Assembly: GCA_009103225.1 (NCBI GenBank)
Contig: RHPI01003642.1
Span: 1,333,432-1,371,545 of the forward strand
DNA: 38,114 nucleotides
Direction: 5' to 3'
DNA from: Chlorokybus atmophyticus
Lineage: Eukaryota > Plantae > Mesostigma and Chlorokybus algae
A program made the translations under genes and the position numbers. The notes under the pieces are model-generated. The model made no database searches. It had not been told where the DNA came from and saw only the letters and a program-made list of their open reading frames with translations. Shown here one piece after another: positions 24,314-34,767 of the stretch (the first letter of the stretch is position 1; every line of letters begins with the position of its first letter).

Positions 24314-26034
24314 CCGCCTTGATGGGACCCTGGCGTTTTCCCATAACAACAGAAGCGCAACAGTCGAGAAAGCAAGGGGGCAAGCTCAAGAGTTGAGCTT
24401 TACTGCTTGCAAGTTTTGGCGCAATGGCGGCGAGTCAGGATGGAGTGCTTTCAGTGCAGTTGAGCAAGCACACAGTGCTGGAGAACAACAACAACACTGA
24501 CAAGATGCATCAGCAGCTGGCTGTGTTTTGCGCGTCCCACTACAGCACCAGATGCTTTGCGCAAACACCGTTGGTAGCAGTGCGTCACAGCTTAGGCGTT
24601 GCTCATTGGGATGCAGCTGCTGCTTTTGAATGAGCAACACCTAAGCTTCAGGTTTCGTTTGCTGCGTGCTAGTGAGATTAGGTCGAGGGAGAGTGCTCCG
24701 CACAAAGCACACCCGCAAACGGGAGGGCGGCTGGAGGCGAGAGGGTGAGGCAATGGTTTTGGCGTAGGCAGAAGCAGACAGTGTGCTGTGCTGCAGTGGT
24801 ATACAATGCACAACGTTTTTGCAATGGCAGTTGCATGACTGCATGTGACTGTCAGCAATATCAGTTGACCTGAACACAGCATGCTTGACACTGCATGTGA
24901 GCATGGCATGCATATGACTACCGGGTTGCTGCACAGATTCAGCAGTGCGAAGTTGCTGCACATGCGCCATGCCTGTGTTTCTGCTGATCTATTGCGTGCC
25001 CTATTTTAAGCTGTGTGAGGACGCACTCGCAAATACAGCTTGTGCTGTATATGTGTTGATGCACAGCTTGTGTACGCGCAATCAGCATTCAAGAATCATC
25101 ACTTGTGTTGGCCACTTGCAGCATGTCAGTGTAGGACCCAAAGCGCTAAACCCAACAACCCTGCACAAGCCATCAACATTACCAACACGCCCAGCAACAA
25201 AACGCATAGACAAGCTGTGCGTGCAAGCAATGCTGCCCAAGTTGGGGCCCGCAACATGCAGGCCTCACGCCAAGAATTGAACTTTACTCATGAATGGAAT
25301 GAAGCAAGTTTATAAAAGCGGGGTGAGAGGACTTGTACCCCTACTCTGGGAGCAATGGGGCAGTTGGGGCTTCACACAATGTCCGCACTTGGTGAGCCTT
25401 ACATTAACACTTATCGCACGCAGCATAACGCGGAGCAAAGAACCAAGTCATTATCATCGACACCACAACGTGCCAATTGCAATGCATCTTGTCAATCAAA
25501 CATAGATAAGAGTGGAGCGATGCCCTACAACAACCATGCGCGGCAAGGCATCAATCCACCGCAACGCCCTCTCTTGCTGCAAGCATCGAACGCTGATTGG
25601 ATGTTTCGCGGCCTTCACCTCCTTTAAGCGATTCATGCGCTGTCGAATTCAATGACGACCAAGCCAGTTCACAGAGCATAGCGCTGCTTGTTGCAGCCCA
25701 TTGCTGATGTGCCGATAGCCTTGTGGTTGCTTCGATTTATACGTGTTGATTGCGATTGGATGTTAGCGCTATGAAATTCACACATGGGTGAGGAGAGTGG
25801 CGATGTAGGGGCGGGAGGGGAAGTTCGCTGGGTCTGCTGCTGTAAGTAGAGGGTGTGCTACCTACTCCCTGTGATCCCCTACCCCAACACCGCCACCAGC
25901 CACGCCAACCACACCGCCGCCGCCAGGGGCAACTGCCGAAACAGAAGATCCTCCAATTATGGCGGCTGCTGCGTTAGCAATGGTGCCATACAGCTGTATA
26001 CGGTCATGAGACTCATGTTTCATGTCGATATCAG

Positions 26035-27406
26035 TGTTACAGATAAGTAACATTACATTAGAGCCTTAACATTAGGTTAACGGTCTTAATACGGCTTAAT
26101 TGGCTGTATATACCCGTTGAGACCCGTATTGAATCCTTAATAAGGGCGGGAAACCTCTATAGAGGTAGCACTCCGTTACATTCCCCCACTTAGGTGTCAA
26201 TCTCCTTATTAAAGGGTTAGAAAAGCCCCATGATCAATGAGAACTAAAGCAGTGAGAAAATTAGGGCTCAAGCGGTAAGATGTCTGCCAGCACCCTTTTA
26301 CCATCCACGTGTGGACACAGCAACCCAGTACCCCCGAAGAATCGCTAAGCGGTTGGCAAGTTTCGTTTGGGCTCCCACATGTTATGCTCAACACCATACC
26401 CTTTCCACTTCACCAAATAAGACGGCGCGCGTCCGCGTCGTGGCTTACGGTGATTTAGAATTGCTTCCACCTCATACTCAAAGTATCCTTGCCATCCACT
26501 GCAACGGGGGTTGAGGAGGTTCAACCCAACCGTCAGAATGGTACGGTTTCAGTACACTCACATGAAACACATTGTGAATGCGTATCGACTTTGGCAAATT
26601 CAACCGATAGCGTGAGTGCCGACTCGATCAATCATTTTTAAGGGGCCTATCTAGCGAGGGAAAAACTTGCGGGTACCCACTCCCTTAATGGATTTGTTTT
26701 TGGTACTTAGGAGGACCGAACAGCTTACATTGTAGTTGGCCTCTCTATAATGCGCATCAACTTGGGCTTTGTGTCTGTCTTACGCTGCGCGCAAACAGTC
26801 CTTTGCCAACGCTAACCTATCCTGCATGGCCGAAGCCATCTCGCGCTGCAGGTACGCGAGTTATGTCAGTAGCGGGCAACTTAATGATCGTAGGACTTAC
26901 TGGATGCACTCCAAATCATCCCAGAAAAACGGAAGTTCGTGCACACTTTCTTGCCAGGCATTATTGATTGCGAACTCAGCCATCGGGAGAAAAACATCCC
27001 AATCATACTAATTCGGACTCGCATAATGCAGGATAGCTTCCTAAATCATTGAATTGGCGCGTTTTGTCTGACCATCCGTCTGCGGATAGTAACCTGTGCT
27101 CATGTTCTATTGAACCTGTAAGAAGCTGCGTAGCAACTTCCAGAATTGAGCCACAAATCGTGGATTGCGATGAGACATAAAGTTGCGAGGCAAGCCATGC
27201 AACTTGAACACATACGCGACAAGGGATAATGTGAACCATTTTGGTCAAACGGTCCACAAACTGCAACCGCTGTGTGACCTAATGCTGTCTCTGGGAGCTC
27301 AGTACTTAAGTCCATACTTACACTTTCTCATTTACCATCAAGAACCAGTAATGGTCGCAGCAACCCCGCGTGTTTTAACGTAACGGCTTGTCACGCTGAC
27401 ATATGT
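26035..27406 (-). mobile_element. Decayed Ty3/gypsy chromovirus remnant: integrase core + chromodomain + PPT + short putative 3' LTR
   Basis: Minus-strand translation with stops and frameshifts: [102 protein letters not shown] purine tract AAGTGGGGGAA precedes TGTAAC at 26180. The candidate LTR end ...GTAACA at 26035 is tentative. Confidence 0.85.
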
Positions 27407-28071
27407 TGTAACTGTCGAGGCCAAGGTTCATGATTCCAGGACTTTTTTCGGCCCATTTATCGAGCACCACGTTTTCATGTCTTGTGGCAGATATCGGCGA
27501 GCTATGAGTCTGCCGCGGATATCGACCGGGGCCCCAGGACCAGTCCGGAAGGTGCCAGAAAACGGAGGGCCAGTCGAGAAGGGCTCGACCAAATTTCTGG
27601 AAGGGCCTGGCGCCAAGTAGTATACCTTGACCATATGAGCACCTAATTAGGAGGTCTTTGGTGCGTAAGAAAGGTCTAGAAGTGTACTACGAGGTTCTGC
27701 AATTACATCTTAGCATCTAGTTTTGTGTAGCACGGGAATCGTCTAGACAGTAGCATGTGCAGACTGGTAGGTGTAAAAGCGACATCCTACAATGTGCAAT
27801 ACAACCTTTAGCTCCCTAGTTTTTGGTGTGCAAGCTTGGTGGTGGTTAGCACGGGTTGCTAGCGTCCACTGGTGTGTGCTTGCTTGTGTGACATCTAAAG
27901 CGCTACACAAATCGGTGTGTAGCTTCGAGCGCATGCGCGTGCGTACGCGAGTGGCGGGGCGCGCGTGTGTGCTTGGCAAAGGGGGCAAGGTTCCGGTGTG
28001 AATACCATGTCTGAGTGAGAGGGTTGTTGATTGGACCAACTCACATGTGACAAGGCACGAGCATCGTCACA
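27407..28071 (+). repeat. LTR (665 bp, TGTAAC...GTCACA), diverged copy of the intact element's LTR
   Basis: Colinear with the reverse complement of 35869-36540. The first ~75 bp are strongly diverged and the remainder is highly similar. No matching TSD on its flanks (TATGT / AGGTG). Confidence 0.93.
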
Positions 28072-28337
28072 AGGTGGGTGCCGTACACAAGCGTAACGGC
28101 GTGGCGAAGCACGGTGGACGTGGTGAGGCAGGTAGCAGCGTGCGCAAGTGTTACGTGTGCGGTTCGACAGAACATTTAGCGTTCAATTGCTCGAAGGGGC
28201 GCACGCAAACGTTAGCATCAGCTGGCAACACATATCGGACACGACGCAATGGAGGAAGCTGGCGTGGAGGATCAAGGAAACGACTTCCCCCAGTAGGTAA
28301 GGAGGCTACTGCTGGGGATGAGGGGGAGCCTCACGCA

Positions 28338-29208
28338 TGTCATGCCAAATACCCTCGCATGCCAGTCCTCCTTGAGCATGCCTACATCCAGCCCCAAGCG
28401 GGCTACCAGCATGAAGACCGCGCGCGCCCCAGCCTGTTGCTAGCTACTTCGTACTTCATGTAGCTAGCATGTAGCTAGGGCTACTCTATAGACCTCTCTG
28501 TAGGAACCGCGTGTAGCTGATTAGTTAGGGATCTGTTATCAGCTCATGTGTTATATCGAGTCTTAGAGGATTCCCGTAGTAGCATACGGCCTCGATGTGA
28601 CAGTTGGCCTAAGTGCCCGCGTGGCATTGCACAGTCATGATTTAACATGTATAAGTAGGAAGTCATGTCACTAGAGTCTCGCTGGTGACACTGTGAGTGA
28701 GTACTAAGAGTGGAGACTCTGACTTTAAAAGCTTGTGAAGCGACTTGAACTGGAAGCACACCGTCTCGGTTGCCAAGGACTGCCTTACCACGTGAGACAC
28801 AGTGTATGCTCTTGTGCGCTGTGCTTGTCATTGCTGTGGGCTTGGCGGTGGTGTATTTGCTGCATCAGTCAGGACATAGCATCTCTGAGTTGCTTGTTCA
28901 TTCACCTCAGTTAATAGTGTAATATATCATCCACTCATGCAAAGAAATGTGTATACAGCACTACCTAGCGTACTCGCTTGTTGACTGTGTGTACTACAGC
29001 ACAGTAGGTATAGTAAGGAGGAGAGCGTCACCAGCTCTACTACTGAGCAGATCCTCACATTGGTTCATCCCCAAGCCTATGCCTATGTTTGGGGGGTTGT
29101 CTTTGTTTGTGTTGCGCTACTGCGCGCAGCACCAGCATGCCCACGGCATGAGCGCTCGTCTGCAGTGTGCCCGAGACGGCGTAACCCTCGACCATGACAG
29201 GCACGACA
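28338..29208. mobile_element. 871-bp insertion with TG...CA ends and a 4-bp TSD (CGCA): probable solo LTR of an unrelated family
   Basis: Ends TGTCATGC / GCACGACA (7/8 inverted match). CGCA at 28334-28337 and 29209-29212. Removing it restores the gag-pol junction to the same length as in the intact element. Confidence 0.8.
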
Positions 29209-30049
29209 CGCACAAATGAAGATTGTGACATCCCAACCAAGGAAGAAACTGGAGGTGACTATATACACGCCCGTTGTCGTAAGTTATGCAAGCGAGGAGG
29301 CAACAAAGTACGTTGGGCTTCTAGTATGCATTTACAATGACTAAGGACAATGGAGGGAGTGCAACCTTATGGTTGATAGTGGAGCAAACAGTATCTTCAT
29401 GAGTGAGGAGGTTGCACGGCGCTACGGTTGGCTTTTACCATCGCGAGGGGGAGAAGTGAAACTCGTTAATGGGGAACCACTCTCTGGAGATACCGGTGCT
29501 GCGTTTTGAAGCAAGGAGTTGTGTTCACATGGGGAAGTTGAAGGAGAATATGCGTTTCTGCTGCATCACCCTACGGAACGGTTTTGATGAAATTTTGAGA
29601 CTACCGTGGCTGTGGCAATACAACCCATCTACTGATTGAAGGAAGCGTGTGCTCACCATCAAGGGAAACGATGGAGAGTCCATTCAAGGTCTACGCGCGT
29701 GCTCTATCGAAGTGGAAAACCACTTTTGCAAGAAAAGAAAAAAGGGCCTTGTCATAGCTGCATCGGACGTCGCTAAAGCAAGTATGCGCACGTGTGTTAA
29801 GCACATGCAGGGGGATACAACCACCGAAAACACAGGATTTTCAACGCGCGGACCAGTCGTACGCGGCCCGCAGACCACGGCTGGTACGTTCTAGCGTACC
29901 AGCGCCGCGACTGGTCCGGCGTTACCGGACCACTGGTGGTCCGGCCCTGGAGCCGGACGGCCTTGTACGGTTGACCGAACTATGGCTGATCGCTTGCCCC
30001 GCGGCCTGCGAACCTGTGAACGTACGTCGTCAGTACGCAGACCGGGTTC

Positions 30050-30491
30050 ATGCCCATACGGCCAGGTGAGACCCACGGCCGTCGGATTAATTTAGTCGCC
30101 TTTAAGCCAGGGCGCGATCGGCGTTGGTTGTTGGACGTGACCGTCACCACACTAGGCCAGCGACCGAGAGGGGCGGCGAAGGAGGCGGAGCAGGCGAAGG
30201 AGGCGGAGCAGGCGAAGCGGCGCAAGAACGCCGACCACCCGCCCGCGGACGAGTTCATACCGCTGGCGGCAGAGACGCTAGGGACGTTAGGCGGGGCGTT
30301 CAACGCGCTAATTGCGAAGTGCGCCTGGCAAGCGGTTTACACGCGTGGCCTCACCCTCGGCCATCTGAGCGGTTCGTGGCCATCTATAGTCAAAGGTTTG
30401 CCTGCGCCCTACAGCGAGCGCAGGGGTTGGCGCTGCTCGAGCGTGGTGCAGCTGCTGTGGCGGCTGAGCCGGGATGGGCGCCGCTACTGAC
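30050..30491 (+). mobile_element. 5'-truncated non-LTR retrotransposon fragment with a restriction-like endonuclease (RLE) domain (CRE/R2-type); interrupted by the chromovirus and resuming at 36546-36602
   Basis: RRINLVAF..WLLDVTVT..AAKEAEQAKRRK..FIPLAAETLGTLGG, then after a frameshift AIYSQRFACALQRAQGLALLER. This order matches the D..(D)VT..E..K..K..PhA.E..G pattern of RLE domains. No RT domain is present. Confidence 0.7.
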
Positions 30492-31163
30492 TGTGACGGT
30501 GCTCGTGCCTTGCTACCTGTGAGTTGGTCCAATCCACAACCTTCTCACCAAGGCACAGTATTCACACCGGAACCTTGCCCCCTCTGCCAAACACACACAC
30601 GCGCCCCGCCACTCGCGCACGCACGCGCATGCGTTCGAAGCTACACACCGACTTGTGTAGCGCCTTGGATCGTCACACAAGCAAGTACACACCAGTGGCC
30701 ACACGCTAGCAACCCCTGCTAACCACCACCAAGCTTGCACACCAGAAACTAGGGAGCTAAAGGTTGTATTGCAAGTTGTAGAATGTCACTTTTATACCTA
30801 CCAGTCTGCACATGCTACTGTCTAGACGATTCTAGCGCTAGACGGAACTAGAAGCTAAGATATTCTTGCAGAATCTTGTAGTACACTTCTAGACCTTTTC
30901 AACGCACCAAACATCTCCTAATTTGCTGCTCATATGGTCAAGTTATACTACTTGGCGCCAGGCCCTTCCAGAAATCTGGTCGAGCCCTTCTCGACTGGCC
31001 CTCCGTTTTCTGGCACCTTCCGTACTGGTCTTGGGGCCCCGGTCGATATCCGCGGCAGACTCATAACTCGCCGATATCCGCCACAAGTCATTAAAAACAT
31101 GTACCTTACAAATAAGGCCTAAAACGGCCATGAAAATCACAGAATTTGGCCTTGACTGTTACA
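30492..31163 (-). repeat. 3' LTR
   Basis: 672 bp; 15 substitutions and no indels versus the 5' LTR by manual alignment. Confidence 0.97.
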
Positions 31164-34100
31164 CTCCTCCCCCCCCAGGTGAGCTTCGTCCTCGAAGCTC
31201 GCGAGGTTGTCGTCGAGCAAGATAGGCACGCACAACGTCTTGAGCATTAGTCAAGTGTGCCTCTGGCTCCCAGGATGCTTCATGCAACGGATAGCCCTTC
31301 CATTTCACTAAGAACTTGCGTACGCCATGCACAAACTTCTCACCAAGGATGTCTTCTACCTCCCACTCGGGTTCACCGTCCGTGCCAACTTCGGGGGGTG
31401 GCCTTTCTGGCGGTTGTCCTCGATATGCTTTCAGAAGGGAGACGTGAAAAACGGGGTGCACACGCATGGTGTCGGGTAGCTCCAACTTGTACGCCACGTC
31501 CGAGATAACTTTGCTGACCTTAAATGGTCCCAACCAGCGTTCATTCAGCTTGCGAACTCCCGTACGCACCTGGACGTGCTTCGCGGAGAGTAACACAATG
31601 TCGCCTTCCTGAAACGTGAGGTGTCGGCGATGCGCGTCCGCGTACTGCTTCTGCCGATTTTGTGCCACCAATAACGCATCCCTAGCTGCCTTGTTAATGT
31701 CCGCGCACTTTGTAAGGAAGTCATTAGCTGCCTCCACACGCACGTCATGTCGTCGCGGTGTCCATGCCGTCAACGGTGTCAATGGATGTTGCCCGTAGTT
31801 CATAAGGAAGGGAGTGACACCTGTGCTTGCATTGTGGTGGTTGTTGATCGCAAACTCAACCAACTCAAGCAGCTCCTCCCAATTGTCTTGTCGCGCGTTA
31901 ACGTAGCAACGCAGCATGTCCTCGATCACACGGTTGGCCCGCTCCGTTTGCCCATCAGTTTGCGGGTGGAATGCCGTGCTAAACTTCAGTGTGGTACCCA
32001 GTGCACTATGCAGCGCCTCCCAAAACTTACTTGTAAAGCGCGGGTCGCGATCACTCACAATGCTTCGTGGTAATCCATGAGAACGAAATACATGCTTCAC
32101 GAACAAGCGTGCTGCCTCCGGTGCCGTGCAAGACTCACTACACGGTGCCAAGCGTACCATTTTGCTGGTTTTATCGACGAACACAAGTATAGCGTCGTAC
32201 CCTTCTTTTGTCTTTGGTAGCCCCGTGATAAAGTCCATGGTAACTTGCTCCCACTTGGACAATGGCACAGGGAGAGGTTGCAGCAACCCACCTGGCTTTT
32301 GGTTGCTTGCCTTCACCCTTTGGCATGCGTCGCACAACGCCACGTAGTCGCGCACATCGCGATGCATCTCTCGCCAGTAAAAACGCTGTTTTAAGCTTGC
32401 CAAAGTCCTTTCCAACCCTTGGTGACCAGCAATGGGCACGTCATGAGCTTCCTTCAGCAACTTCACACGGATATGCGCGACGTTGGGGATGTACAAGCGC
32501 CCATGGTGCCACAGCAGCCCGTCGCGCATTGACCAGTGCCCACTTGTGTCCGTAGCTGTATTTTTCAGCTCTTGCAACACTTTCATACCCTCCGTGTCTT
32601 CACGAAGCACTTGCCGAATCTGGTCGGTCCACTCGGGCTGCACTTGAGCGAGTGCCTCAATTGCATTAAGCCGGCTCAGCGCGTCAGCAACACCATTTGA
32701 CGTACCGGGCTTGTACTTGATATCGAAGTCAAAAAGTTGAAAGAACTCAAGCCATCGAGCTTGTCTGCGACTCAGATGAGGTTGTGTTTGTAAGTACCTC
32801 AGTGGAGAGTGATCCGTCTCAAGCACGAACTTTTTGCCTTCCAAAAAACAACGCCATTGTCGTAGCGCCATGACTTGCGCTAAAAGTTCCTTCTCGTGCA
32901 CGGGGTAATTCAGCTCCGCACCACTCATCTTCTTGCTGAAGAATGCTACTGGTTGAAGGCCGTTGCCATGGTCTTGCTGCAAAACAGCTCCTACGGCTGT
33001 GTCGGACGCGTCGCAAGCCAAAATAAATGTCTTTTCCATGTTGGGGTGAGCCAGGACTGGTGCCTCCGTCAGCGCCTTCTTCAACGCAGCAAATGCATGT
33101 TCCTCTGTTGCTGACCAGCTCCAATGCTTTCCCTTCTTGAGTAGGGTAGTCAAGGGAGCAGCTATGCGCGAAAACCCCATGATAAACTTGCGATAATACC
33201 CCGCAAGGCCTAAAAAGGACATCACCTCCTTTACATTGGTCGGGGCAGCCCACTCGCGCACCACCTGCACTTTGTTGGGGTCCGGCTTGATGCCTTCATG
33301 CGACACAATGTGGCCTAGGTACTCCACCTCTCGAAGCAAGAATTTGCACTTTTGTAGCTGGGCGTACAACTTGTGTTCGCGCAAACGCTGCAACACGCGC
33401 CGTAGAAGTGCCACGTGCTCCTCCTTTGTTGTCGCGTACACCAAAATGTCGTCGAGGTACACGAGGACTCCCTTACCAATCAAGTCAGCAAAAACGCTGT
33501 TCATAAGCGTTTGAAATGTTGCCGGTGCGTTCGTAAGTCCGAAGGACATGACCAACCACTCGTAGTGCCCATAACGTGTGTTAAAAGCTGTTTTCTCCAC
33601 ATCCTCGGGCGCGATGCGAATTTGGTGATAACCTCCAGCAAGATCAAGTGTTGTGAAGTACTGCGCACCTTGCAATTGCTCCAGCAACTCGTCGATACGT
33701 GGGAGTGGAAAGCAATTCCTCTTCGTGATGTTGTTGAGAGCTCGGTAGTCGACGCACATGCGCAAGCTCCCGTTCTTCTTTCGTACAAACAAAATAGGTG
33801 CACCATAGGGGGACTTACTAGGCCTGATGTAGCCTCTTTCCAGCAAGTCCGCCACCTGCCTCTCGGCCTCTTCCAGTTCCAAAGGTGACAACTTGTATAC
33901 GGGTCGATACGGTGGCTTGTGCACGCCCTCAATCAGCTCCACACGGTGGTCTACGCTCCGTGGAGGTGGTAGACCAGATGGAAGTCCGTCCACCATGATA
34001 TCTTGGTATTCTTTAACAAGTTTACACACCTCGGGGTCCATAGTAGCCGTCTGAACATCGTCACTCAGCTCTGGTGCTGACTTTGCAGTGTTTTCGCGCA

Positions 34101-34692
34101 CCACGCACAACCATGCAGCCTTTGCCTTCCGTGGAGACAATAACTTCCTCAATTGCACATAAGAGATCTGGGCAATTGTCGTACCACCTAATTGTGCGTG
34201 CCGCGCCTCGATGACGTCCGATGCAGCTTGAATGGACTCTCCACCGTTTCGCTCGATGGTGAGCACGCGCTTCCTCCAATTGATGGCTGGATTATGTTGC
34301 CATAGCCACGGTAGTCCCAAAATCCCATCAAACCCGTTCCGTAGGGTGATGCAGCAAAATCGCATGCTCTCCTTCATCTTCCCAATGCGAACGCACAACT
34401 CTTTGGTCATAAACGCAGCGCCATCACCTCCAGAGGGTGGCTCTCCATCAGCGAGCTTCACTTCACCTCCTCGTAATGACGAAAGCCAACCGTAACGCCG
34501 CGCGATATCAATACTCATGAAGTTGCTGTTGGCACCGCTATCAATCATGAGCTTACACTCTCTCCATCGTCCTTGGTCATCGCAAATGTGTGCTCGAAGC
34601 CCGAAGTACTTTGTTGTCTCCTCGTTTGCATAACTCACCACCATTGGCGCGTTCAAAGCCATCTCTTCTTGCTTCTTTAATGGAAATGTCAC
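31159..34692 (-). CDS. pol: Pol polyprotein: aspartic protease, RT, RNase H, integrase, chromodomain
   Basis: 1177-codon open frame: MIDSGAN (PR), YLDDIL (RT), CDASD (RH), HHCC (H..H..CDAC), MDF..SDRD..QTERANR (IN), LGPF, WEVEDIL..FLVKWKGY..SWEP (chromodomain). The frame is open further upstream through the gag stop. The stop codon lies inside the 3' LTR. Confidence 0.97.
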   Translation of the reverse strand: MTFPLKKQEEMALNAPMVVSYANEETTKYFGLRAHICDDQGRWRECKLMIDSGANSNFMSIDIARRYGWLSSLRGGEVKLADGEPPSGGDGAAFMTKELCVRIGKMKESMRFCCITLRNGFDGILGLPWLWQHNPAINWRKRVLTIERNGGESIQAASDVIEARHAQLGGTTIAQISYVQLRKLLSPRKAKAAWLCVVRENTAKSAPELSDDVQTATMDPEVCKLVKEYQDIMVDGLPSGLPPPRSVDHRVELIEGVHKPPYRPVYKLSPLELEEAERQVADLLERGYIRPSKSPYGAPILFVRKKNGSLRMCVDYRALNNITKRNCFPLPRIDELLEQLQGAQYFTTLDLAGGYHQIRIAPEDVEKTAFNTRYGHYEWLVMSFGLTNAPATFQTLMNSVFADLIGKGVLVYLDDILVYATTKEEHVALLRRVLQRLREHKLYAQLQKCKFLLREVEYLGHIVSHEGIKPDPNKVQVVREWAAPTNVKEVMSFLGLAGYYRKFIMGFSRIAAPLTTLLKKGKHWSWSATEEHAFAALKKALTEAPVLAHPNMEKTFILACDASDTAVGAVLQQDHGNGLQPVAFFSKKMSGAELNYPVHEKELLAQVMALRQWRCFLEGKKFVLETDHSPLRYLQTQPHLSRRQARWLEFFQLFDFDIKYKPGTSNGVADALSRLNAIEALAQVQPEWTDQIRQVLREDTEGMKVLQELKNTATDTSGHWSMRDGLLWHHGRLYIPNVAHIRVKLLKEAHDVPIAGHQGLERTLASLKQRFYWREMHRDVRDYVALCDACQRVKASNQKPGGLLQPLPVPLSKWEQVTMDFITGLPKTKEGYDAILVFVDKTSKMVRLAPCSESCTAPEAARLFVKHVFRSHGLPRSIVSDRDPRFTSKFWEALHSALGTTLKFSTAFHPQTDGQTERANRVIEDMLRCYVNARQDNWEELLELVEFAINNHHNASTGVTPFLMNYGQHPLTPLTAWTPRRHDVRVEAANDFLTKCADINKAARDALLVAQNRQKQYADAHRRHLTFQEGDIVLLSAKHVQVRTGVRKLNERWLGPFKVSKVISDVAYKLELPDTMRVHPVFHVSLLKAYRGQPPERPPPEVGTDGEPEWEVEDILGEKFVHGVRKFLVKWKGYPLHEASWEPEAHLTNAQDVVRAYLARRQPRELRGRSSPGGGGV
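31164..31176 (-). other. Polypurine tract
   Basis: Minus strand GGGGGGGGAGGAG immediately before TGTAAC of the 3' LTR. Confidence 0.9.
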
Positions 34693-34723
34693 AGCATCCG
34701 TCCGTGCATGAGGCTCCTTCCTA

Positions 34724-34767
34724 TCCCCAGCAGTAGCCTCCTCACCTACTGGGGGAAGTCGTTTTCC
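34724..34767 (-). promoter_or_regulatory. Predicted -1 ribosomal frameshift signal (G_GAA_AAC + short spacer + stem-loop)
   Basis: Heptamer at 34767-34761 is in the gag frame, and pol is in the -1 frame and open from there. A CCCCAGUAG...CUACUG(CU)GGGG stem starts 4-5 nt downstream. Confidence 0.65.

Larger units (their letters stand above)
27407..29775 (+). mobile_element. Decayed, internally deleted relative of the intact chromovirus (LTR + gag zinc-knuckle end + protease region of pol), opposite orientation
   Basis: The LTR is followed directly by EVGAVH..KHGGRGE..RKCYVCGSTEHLAFNC and the gag-pol junction. At ~29224-29690 the pol N-terminus (LMVDSGANS..RRYGW..GGEVKL..MRFCCITLRNGFD..LPWLWQ) carries stops and frameshifts. 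Confidence 0.92.

Noticed and set aside
24386-26030. ORFs downstream of PYRB, including the Gly/Pro-rich 25862-26053
   Set aside because: Low-complexity, ambiguous strand, no domain evidence.
29844-29945. Self-cleaving ribozyme (HDV-like or hammerhead) call for the hairpin cluster
   Set aside because: Catalytic core motifs were not found on either strand. Kept only as an unexplained structure.
30513-31140. ORFs repeated in all three LTR copies (e.g. MVKLYYLAPGPSRN...)
   Set aside because: They recur because the LTR recurs; no protein motif or coding evidence.
31257-34495. Plus-strand ORFs overlapping pol
   Set aside because: Antisense shadows of the pol reading frame.
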